Source of the DNA: a virus
DNA: 29,985 nt
Strand: one strand, 5' to 3'
Virus record (IMG/VR): IMGVR_UViG_3300045988_014270
Location: 1-29,985 of that record
The notes under the pieces were generated by a model. The model did no database searches. It saw only the letters and a program-made list of their open reading frames with translations, and had not been told where the DNA came from. Below, piece by piece: positions 1-5,481 of the stretch. Numbering within the stretch: position 1 is the first letter of the stretch; each line of letters starts with the position of its first letter. The position numbers and the translations under genes are program-made.

Positions 1-55
1 CACTAGGACATGCATTAAGTCAGATCGGCCATGCCTCGCCGTTCGTCAAATACAC
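1..55. repeat. Terminal direct repeat copy A (identical to 29931..29985); contig-closure overlap
   Basis: Base-by-base identity of CACTAGGACATGCATTAAGTCAGATCGGCCATGCCTCGCCGTTCGTCAAATACAC at both window ends. The overlap runs into the 3' end of ORF 20..397(-). Confidence 0.95.
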
Positions 56-397
56 CGAATCCGCTTTCCCGCTGTCGAACTGGGCATTCAAAAGCCCGTC
101 CAGCATCGGCACCCCGCCGAGATTGTACGCCTCAACGAAGAATTCGAGGCGGTTCGGCTGATTGCCCTCAAGCACGTACATGGGGCGCGCCCACTCGGCC
201 TTCCCGCTACGTTCTTCATACTCTCGGAACGCTTGCTCGTACACGTCGGCGTCAACATACCCGTAGTCTCCGATACGCCATATCTCGTCCGTCTCGGTGT
301 ATGCGTCGAAGTCGCGGCATTCTGAAATCAGACTGGTGTCGATGCTGTGAATCATGTCGCGAACCTGACCGAGAGTGATTTCCGTGTGGTCTCCCAT
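20..397 (-). CDS. Hypothetical early protein, strongly acidic (125 aa)
   Basis: ORF track. SD AAGGAGGAA a few nt upstream of the ATG at 397. By my count about 25 D/E versus 9 K/R. No family recognised. Confidence 0.75.
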   Translation of the reverse strand: MGDHTEITLGQVRDMIHSIDTSLISECRDFDAYTETDEIWRIGDYGYVDADVYEQAFREYEERSGKAEWARPMYVLEGNQPNRLEFFVEAYNLGGVPMLDGLLNAQFDSGKADSVYLTNGEAWPI

Positions 398-443
398 TTC
401 TGTTCCTCCTTTGCTGTGTCAGATGGTGCGGTATTCGGTGCCG

Positions 444-839
444 TCAATGTTGACGAATACTTTTGCGACAGTGTGAATACTTTTGCGACAGTGTGAATAC
501 TTTTGCGACAGTGTGATGCTGTTCAGTCTGATATTCCTGCTCAAAGGTTTCGTGCAGCAGAGTGGAAAACTCCGTAAAGCTTCCACACTCCAGCATCTGT
601 GCGGCCATCTGCTCCAGAGTCAGGTAGCGGTTCTCGTAGCAGAGCCAAGCGTATTCCTCCCATGTTTCGTTCCGAGCTTCCCGGACCAGCTTGGACAGTT
701 TGGAGACCGGGATGTACCCGTAGAGTTCGTGATGGTAGTTGAAGCCGCACCGTGTGGGCTCCTGAGTCCAGTGGTCTTTGGCAAGGTGCATGACGCGCTG
801 GATGCCGCCTCGGATGGTCTGGATGTGGGTCTCGTTCAT
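444..839 (-). CDS. Hypothetical early protein (131 aa); C-terminus encoded by a 3x20-bp tandem repeat
   Basis: ORF track. SD AAGGAGGA upstream of the ATG at 839. First gene downstream of promoter/operator 877..915. The last ~20 codons lie inside repeat 455..514. Confidence 0.75.
   Translation of the reverse strand: MNETHIQTIRGGIQRVMHLAKDHWTQEPTRCGFNYHHELYGYIPVSKLSKLVREARNETWEEYAWLCYENRYLTLEQMAAQMLECGSFTEFSTLLHETFEQEYQTEQHHTVAKVFTLSQKYSHCRKSIRQH
455..514. repeat. Perfect tandem repeat, 3 x 20 bp (GAATACTTTTGCGACAGTGT)
   Basis: Units at 455..474, 475..494 and 495..514 are identical. The unit length is not a multiple of 3. Confidence 0.95.
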
Positions 840-876
840 TGTGTCCTCCTTATGGAATAGATCAAGCCCTATCGCT

Positions 877-915
877 TGATATACCCATTATATCACTATT
901 GGGTTGTCGGGTCAA
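877..915 (-). promoter_or_regulatory. Promoter P1 with palindromic operator (TTGACC-N17-TATAAT; TGATATA-N5-TATATCA at 877..895)
   Basis: On the minus strand, -35 is at 915..910 and -10 at 892..887 with a TGA extended -10. A 7-5-7 inverted repeat overlaps the -10. Leader palindrome ATCAAGC-N6-GCTTGAT sits at 861..880. Confidence 0.7.
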
Positions 916-1031
916 GTTAGGCGCGCCATCGCCGCCGTCATTGGAAAAGAACTCACGCTCCAGAGCCTCAACACCACCGGTGGCACCCCAATATGCACGC
1001 CCTTGAGAGTGATTTCTTTGGCGTTGTTCAT
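912..1031 (-). CDS. Small hypothetical ORF (39 aa, MNNAKEITLKGVHIGVPPVVLRLWSVSSFPMTAAMARLT)
   Basis: Below the ORF-track size cutoff and translated by hand. SD AGGGAGAA upstream of the ATG at 1031. Preceded by family promoter P2. Its stop TGA overlaps the -35 of P1. Confidence 0.45.
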   Translation of the reverse strand: MNNAKEITLKGVHIGVPPVVLRLWSVSSFPMTAAMARLT

Positions 1032-1076
1032 ATCTGGTTCTCCCTTCACTTGTAACTCTTCATAGGTATGCAATCA

Positions 1077-1105
1077 ATTATATCAAGTAACACGCCGACT
1101 TGCAC
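1077..1105 (-). promoter_or_regulatory. Promoter P2 (GTGCAA-N17-TATAAT, TGA extended -10) with a single TATATCA half-site
   Basis: Minus strand reads GTGCAAgtcggcgtgttactTGATATAAT. Only one operator half-site (1079..1085). Lies in the divergent region between ORF 912..1031(-) and 1167..1517(+). Confidence 0.5.
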
Positions 1106-1166
1106 AAAATGAGAGTGAGCGCCATCATATTAATTGTTGACAGCAAGTGAAAATCAGGAGGTCAGA

Positions 1167-1517
1167 ATGAGCGAGGAAATCCGAATCGCGAACCACGAGG
1201 AGCCGGGCAAGCCGCTAAAACGCAAGCCGTTAGCAGCGGGCCGCGGACGCAAACCGGCTCTACCGGTCAAGCCAGGCATGGATAAGGTCGCCAGAAAACT
1301 CACCAGCCAGGCACGCGCCCGACTACGCCGTGGCCACGTTCCGGACACCCAAGTGGGCCGCGCGGCCTCGGTCAACCGCATGACCATCCAATTATTCCGC
1401 ACCGGCGAGCCACGCAACGACATGAGCCTGAGCATGTTCCTCGCCGTATTCAACGAGACCGGCGGAGACCCCGCACAGGCCATCGCTAACGCGCTCGCCG
1501 ACAAGGAGGCGGACTGA
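1167..1517 (+). CDS. HTH DNA-binding protein with basic N-terminus (116 aa)
   Basis: SD CAGGAGG upstream of the ATG at 1167; the track ORF 1134.. begins at a non-ATG codon. The VGRAASVNRMTIQLFRTGE segment looks like a helix-turn-helix. The N-terminus has a GRGRKP AT-hook-like basic stretch. Confidence 0.7.
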   Translation: MSEEIRIANHEEPGKPLKRKPLAAGRGRKPALPVKPGMDKVARKLTSQARARLRRGHVPDTQVGRAASVNRMTIQLFRTGEPRNDMSLSMFLAVFNETGGDPAQAIANALADKEAD

Positions 1518-1609
1518 TTTGGCGTGTTTATATTAGAGACGTGTTATTATAGATATACGCCATGTTAGGCACTGCGCCCATCTAACAGGGCAATAGCTTA
1601 ACATGGAGT

Positions 1610-1664
1610 AATCCCGTTAATCAGGGCTATGGCGCAGATAGTCAGGGTTAGCGGGATTTTTATT
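1610..1664 (+). terminator. Long interrupted hairpin plus T-tract (putative intrinsic terminator/attenuator)
   Basis: AATCCCGTTAA (1610..1620) pairs with TTAGCGGGATT (1648..1658). Inner stem GGCTAT/ATAGTC at 1625..1630/1638..1643. Followed by TTTTTATT. A second hairpin, CCATGTTA/TAACATGG, lies at 1560..1606. Confidence 0.55.
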
Positions 1665-1682
1665 AGACTAGGAGCGATTGTA

Positions 1683-2477
1683 ATGAGTGCAGTCAAAGAC
1701 GAAAACTTTATTGCAATTCAAGGATGGATGCTAAATAAGCTCAATCTTAAAGGCAACGAGCTAATCGTATATGCGGTAATCTACGGATTCTCACAAGATG
1801 GTGAATCCCGATTTACAGGCTCAAGGCGATATCTTGCTGAATGGTGCGGTTGCACGCTGAAAACCGTAGACAATGCACTTTCGTCTCTTGTCGCCAAAGG
1901 GCTTATTGCCAAGCATGATAAAACGATCAATGGTGTCCACTTGTGTGACTACTCGATTACTCAGGTAGGGAAAAATTTACAGCAGGGTACTGTAAAAATT
2001 ACTACACAGGTAGGGAAAAATTTACAGCAGGGTACTGTAAAAATTACTCACCATAATATAGAAGATACTATAGATGTAGATACTATAGAAGATAAGATAG
2101 CTAACAAGGAAGAAAGAAAGCGTCATAGCTTCGACGCGATTATCGATGCCTATACGAATGATGCTGCGACTAGAGAGCTATTAGGCGAATGGCTCCAGAA
2201 TCGCAAGGCTAAGCGAGCAGCAATGACCGATAACGCCATCAAGCGCAACATCGACAAACTGGACGAATATGCGCGAGAAAGCAGCATGAGCGTTGACGAT
2301 TACCTTGCGGAAGTCGTGCGACGCGGCTGGACAGCCTTCTACCCGATCAAAAACTATCAACCATCGGCGTGGAACCGTTCGCAGGCCAACCAGAACGCGA
2401 ACGCGGCACTAATAGCCCACTACGCGGCCGAGGAAGCCGCCGAAAACCAATCACGGGAAGGAGTACTGAGATGCTGA
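1683..2477 (+). CDS. Replisome organizer / replication initiator (N-terminal winged HTH, C-terminal phage-organizer-like domain), 264 aa
   Basis: SD AGGAG upstream of the ATG at 1683. N-terminus NELIVYAVIYGF...RYLAEWCGCTLKTVDNALSSLVAKGLI is wHTH-like. C-terminus LLGEWLQNRKAKRAAMTDNAIKRNIDKL...VVRRGWTAFYP resembles the conserved DnaD/phage replisome-organizer C-terminus (from memory). Contains in-gene direct repeats. Confidence 0.7.
   Translation: MSAVKDENFIAIQGWMLNKLNLKGNELIVYAVIYGFSQDGESRFTGSRRYLAEWCGCTLKTVDNALSSLVAKGLIAKHDKTINGVHLCDYSITQVGKNLQQGTVKITTQVGKNLQQGTVKITHHNIEDTIDVDTIEDKIANKEERKRHSFDAIIDAYTNDAATRELLGEWLQNRKAKRAAMTDNAIKRNIDKLDEYARESSMSVDDYLAEVVRRGWTAFYPIKNYQPSAWNRSQANQNANAALIAHYAAEEAAENQSREGVLRC
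1962..2089. repeat. In-gene iteron-like direct repeats plus AT-rich tract (candidate ori)
   Basis: An identical 42-nt unit at 1962..2003 and 2007..2048 (45-bp period). AGATACTATAGA occurs at 2063..2074 and 2078..2089. The local sequence is visibly AT-rich relative to its surroundings. Confidence 0.6.
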
Positions 2478-2950
2478 CGCTCAAAGAAAGCACGCTCGTG
2501 CTGGCGAAGATTCGAGTCCACCACGGCAACGCGGCCATCACCGACTTGGAGGCTCGCACGTTCCACGAGGAGCTTCGCGCGGACATGACGCTGGGAGAGG
2601 CGTTGGAGGCGGTGAAGCGCTTCTACGCGGACAATAGCACGGGTTGCTGGTGCGGTTCCGGCGATGTGAACGCCATCGTGCGCAGGATGCGCAACGAGTC
2701 GAAGCCCTCTGAGGCGCAGATAGCGCGCGAATGCGAGGCGCGGGGCCTATCCGAGGACGAGGCGTGGATGTACCGCCGCCAGCGGATGCTCGGCAACGGC
2801 CCGGAGCAGGCGCAGCGGCAGGCGTTGACCATGCGCAACCCCCTCGAACTGCCCGCCGCGCAGCCGAAGTCACGTTCCACGGCCAGACGGTTCGCAGGTG
2901 CACAGAAGCTGGGTGCTGCCTCACTCGGCTCGATTCTGAGGGGCGCGTGA
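2471..2950 (+). CDS. Hypothetical protein (159 aa), replication-module position
   Basis: SD GAAGGAG upstream of the ATG at 2471. ATGCTGA overlap with the stop of the upstream gene. No motif recognised. Confidence 0.7.
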   Translation: MLTLKESTLVLAKIRVHHGNAAITDLEARTFHEELRADMTLGEALEAVKRFYADNSTGCWCGSGDVNAIVRRMRNESKPSEAQIARECEARGLSEDEAWMYRRQRMLGNGPEQAQRQALTMRNPLELPAAQPKSRSTARRFAGAQKLGAASLGSILRGA

Positions 2951-3007
2951 TGGCGGAAAAGTTCCCGTCTCTCGGGGAAGCGCTTACTTGTTTTTGCGTG
3001 CATATTT

Positions 3008-3036
3008 ATTATATATCACGACAACACCGCTTGCAA
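3008..3036 (-). promoter_or_regulatory. Promoter P3 (TTGCAA-N17-TATAAT) pointing antisense into gene 2471..2950
   Basis: Minus strand reads TTGCAAgcggtgttgtcgtgataTATAAT. TATATCA half-site at 3012..3018. The ATG at 3003 follows 4 nt after the -10. Confidence 0.5.
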
Positions 3037-3059
3037 TCAGGAACAATCTGATGTATATT
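3031..3059 (+). promoter_or_regulatory. Promoter (TTGCAA-N17-TATATT) for gene 3066; likely leaderless transcript
   Basis: -35 at 3031..3036 and -10 at 3054..3059. The ATG at 3066 is 6 nt after the -10 and has no SD. The -35 hexamer is palindromic and shared with P3. Confidence 0.55.
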
Positions 3060-3065
3060 TAAATC

Positions 3066-3248
3066 ATGTACGCTAAAGACTACACCGCAACGACGGAACA
3101 GTACGCGGAACGCTGGCACCTCAACGTCCAAACAGTACGCAGATACTGCCGTGAGAAACGACTGCCATACGTCAAGGTAGGCAACCGCTATTACTTCAAC
3201 ACCAACATCACACCACTACCCGTAGGAGAAACAATCAACGATGAATGA
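3066..3248 (+). CDS. MerR/excisionase-type HTH DNA-binding protein (60 aa)
   Basis: YAERWHLNVQTVRRYCREKRLPYVKVGNRYYF matches the excisionase-family helix-turn-helix pattern. Confidence 0.75.
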   Translation: MYAKDYTATTEQYAERWHLNVQTVRRYCREKRLPYVKVGNRYYFNTNITPLPVGETINDE

Positions 3249-3696
3249 CCCAAGAATCACGCTACCGCTCGCACGCTTGGCGGCAGACCCCGAACGCAAA
3301 CAGACCCGCAACGGCACCCCCTACATGCTTATCCGAGTCGCCGCCACAGGCGGACACATGGACAAAACCTCGAAACAATGGGTAGACCACGACACCATGT
3401 GGGCAACCATCTTCGAATATGACATGAGACTGGCGGAAACCTACGGACGCATGTTACGCAAGGGCACACCGGTACGGGTCGAGGGAGCCTTGAAATGGAA
3501 GACCGGCACCGACAATCATGGTCAGCCGCGCACAGACTTCACCATCGAACACGCGACCATCAGTCTCGCCATGCTCAAGGCGAAGACCCAGCAGACTCAG
3601 CAAGACCCGCAGGCTGGCAACCAGTGGCCGGGAACCGACACGTTCGGCCCGACCAACTCAACCAACCAGACCGACAACGAATGGGACGTGTTCTAA
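3241..3696 (+). CDS. ssb: Single-stranded DNA-binding protein
   Basis: OB-fold pattern (LARLAADPE...NGTPY..., RKGTPVRVEGALKWKT). Q/P/G/N-rich linker. Acidic/aromatic C-terminal tail DNEWDVF. Confidence 0.85.
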   Translation: MNDPRITLPLARLAADPERKQTRNGTPYMLIRVAATGGHMDKTSKQWVDHDTMWATIFEYDMRLAETYGRMLRKGTPVRVEGALKWKTGTDNHGQPRTDFTIEHATISLAMLKAKTQQTQQDPQAGNQWPGTDTFGPTNSTNQTDNEWDVF

Positions 3697-3930
3697 ATGG
3701 CAGTGAACGTCACCGAGAAAGACAAGACGCTCAACGAGATCATCGACTGGTGTGCCGACCTCGCCAACAAGCTCCGCAACGCACCGGAAGGCGACTTCTA
3801 CGCCAACGTTAACGTCAACAACGTGAAGGCAGACACATTGACATTGGTCATACGTCATTGCCGTCACCTGCTCGGCTACACCGGCAACATGCCCACGGAA
3901 GTATCGAATCAAAGCGAGGACACGAAATGA
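3697..3930 (+). CDS. Hypothetical protein (77 aa)
   Basis: ORF track. TAAATG junction with ssb. ATGA overlap with the next gene. Confidence 0.65.
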   Translation: MAVNVTEKDKTLNEIIDWCADLANKLRNAPEGDFYANVNVNNVKADTLTLVIRHCRHLLGYTGNMPTEVSNQSEDTK

Positions 3931-4412
3931 GCGCGTACCAACCTGTTCTTGACCTTGCTTGCGGCGGGCGAATGTTCTGGTTCGACAAGTCAGACAGCCG
4001 TGTGCTCTTCGGTGACGTGCGCGACGAAAGTTGGGAACTATGTGACCGACGCAGATTCGAGGTCAAGCCGGACATGCTGATGGACTACCGTGACCTGCCG
4101 TTCCCTGACGAGACATTCCGTATGGTCGTGCTCGATCCACCGCACTTGCGCAATGCGGGAGAGACGAGCTACATGGCGCAGAAATACGGATGCCTCGACC
4201 AAGAGACATGGCAAACAGATATCAAGACCATGTTCGGTGAGTGTTTCCGTGTCCTGAAAGAGCATGGCGTGTTGATTTTCAAATGGAATGAGACGCAGAT
4301 ACCGGTCTCGCAGATTCTCAAGCTCACCGACCATAAGCCACTCTTCGGCAACAAACAGCCGAACCGCACCGGAACACATTGGATCGTCTTCATTAAGGAT
4401 GATGCGAAATGA
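3927..4412 (+). CDS. Small SAM-dependent methyltransferase (putative orphan DNA MTase), 161 aa
   Basis: Motif I-like VLDLACGG and motif IV-like VLDPPH. ATG at 3927 overlaps the upstream stop. No restriction partner in the window. Confidence 0.6.
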   Translation: MSAYQPVLDLACGGRMFWFDKSDSRVLFGDVRDESWELCDRRRFEVKPDMLMDYRDLPFPDETFRMVVLDPPHLRNAGETSYMAQKYGCLDQETWQTDIKTMFGECFRVLKEHGVLIFKWNETQIPVSQILKLTDHKPLFGNKQPNRTGTHWIVFIKDDAK

Positions 4413-4954
4413 GCAGTCAATACAGGGTTTGCTCGCTGTTTTGGAACTACCACAAAAAACGCTACAGCTTAAGAAACGAGGCGAAGCTTGAAGATTTACT
4501 GAACGATGGTTGGAAGATTATACGGGTGGATACCATGTCGCCAACGAATTTTCCAGCTGGCGCATTCGGTGCCACGAACGTCTACGTTCTCGAAAAGCAA
4601 AGCGAGGAAAAGCAAAGCGAGGACACGAAAAAGAGCAGTGTGTCAGAACCCCTCCCGCATGACATGGGTCTACGTATGAAATTCCTCCCGCATGACATGG
4701 GTCTGTGCGTGGAACTCGATACGAGCGAAGTATATTACCTGAAAAGCGGATGGGCGGAACGCTGTGACGGTATCTACGGACTTGCTTGCGGATACGTGGA
4801 TTGTTCCGAAGATATTACGTGGTTTAAAGACCCGAGTCGCATCGCAATCATGAACAACCACGTAAAGCTAGCAGTTCCATGGGAGGGACCTGAAACCGAA
4901 ACCACCAAGCAAACCGAAGACACGAATGTGAGGGAGACGGGCTATGAGTCCTGA
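4409..4954 (+). CDS. Hypothetical protein with internal short repeats (181 aa)
   Basis: ATGA overlap at the start. The N-terminus (LEDLLNDGWKIIRVD...VYVLEK) is reminiscent of DUF4177-type small domains (from memory). EKQSE x2 and LPHDMGL x2 repeats. Confidence 0.65.
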   Translation: MSSQYRVCSLFWNYHKKRYSLRNEAKLEDLLNDGWKIIRVDTMSPTNFPAGAFGATNVYVLEKQSEEKQSEDTKKSSVSEPLPHDMGLRMKFLPHDMGLCVELDTSEVYYLKSGWAERCDGIYGLACGYVDCSEDITWFKDPSRIAIMNNHVKLAVPWEGPETETTKQTEDTNVRETGYES

Positions 4955-4998
4955 CGCGGAACGTATCCGCAAGCACTGTATGCGAAGGGCAAAGGGCG

Positions 4999-5238
4999 AT
5001 GAGCGGCTGGCGTGACAAGGCCGTTTGCCGTGACATGGACCCTGAACTGTTCTTCCCAGCCACACAGGTTGAGGAACGATTGGCCCTTAAAGCCTGCTCC
5101 ACATGCCCGGTGATACACGAATGCGAACGGTATGCTGCGGAACTTGCCGTGATAAACTGCTACCCGTTGCAAGGCATATGGGGCGGCAGAAACATAGGCA
5201 GAGAAAATAGCTCCAATAACAATGAAACGGAGATGTAG
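4999..5238 (+). CDS. whiB: WhiB-family Fe-S transcription factor
   Basis: Four Cys arranged C-X22-C-X2-C-X5-C (AVCRD...ACSTCPVIHEC) plus the GIWGG turn motif. Confidence 0.9.
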   Translation: MSGWRDKAVCRDMDPELFFPATQVEERLALKACSTCPVIHECERYAAELAVINCYPLQGIWGGRNIGRENSSNNNETEM

Positions 5239-5240
5239 AA

Positions 5241-5450
5241 ATGAGCATCATGCTTGACGAGGCGAACGCCTATGAGAGCAGCCGTGATTACGACTGCTCG
5301 GAAGGAGGTAAACGAATGAGCAAGACGATCCGATACGTGGAATGCGCCCACTGCGGAGAGGCTGTCGGCACATATTACGTGACCTGCCCCTACTGCGGAT
5401 ACAGGCTGGCCGTGCACAGTCAGCCACCAAGTGAGAAATGTACGGACTAA
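5241..5450 (+). CDS. Zinc-ribbon protein (69 aa; alternative start 5316 gives 44 aa)
   Basis: CAHCG...CPYCG double CxxC. GGAG lies 8 nt before ATG 5241. A strong internal SD GGAAGGAGG precedes ATG 5316, so the start is ambiguous. Confidence 0.6.
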   Translation: MSIMLDEANAYESSRDYDCSEGGKRMSKTIRYVECAHCGEAVGTYYVTCPYCGYRLAVHSQPPSEKCTD

Positions 5451-5481
5451 CCCAAGTCACCACCGATTGAAAAGAGTAACC

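Noticed and set aside
1-55. 55-bp end repeat as a genuine direct terminal repeat or cos region
   Set aside because: It interrupts a coding region and is far from terS/terL. Its length equals a common assembler k-mer, so it is most simply a circularisation overlap. This needs read-level confirmation.
455-514. Tandem 20-bp repeats as a CRISPR array
   Set aside because: The units are contiguous with no spacers, there are only three copies, and they lie inside a coding region. No cas genes are present.
1137-1142. Perfect TTGACA hexamer as the -35 of the promoter for gene 1167
   Set aside because: The position 17 nt downstream (1160..1165, GGTCAG) is not -10-like and overlaps the SD and start region.
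1550-1665. Structured intergenic region as a tRNA
   Set aside because: No cloverleaf could be drawn. There is no T-loop GTTCRANYC-like motif or 7-bp acceptor stem with a discriminator/CCA context. The structure is two simple hairpins.
2623-3003. 126-aa minus-strand ORF starting right after promoter P3
   Set aside because: Its Arg/Ala/Ser/Pro-rich composition looks non-coding, and it fully overlaps the better plus-strand gene 2471..2950. I kept the promoter as a possible antisense-RNA promoter but did not call a CDS.
3066-3248. Excisionase-type HTH as evidence of a temperate integration module
   Set aside because: No integrase or att-like repeat is present anywhere in the genome. This HTH fold is widespread in purely regulatory proteins.
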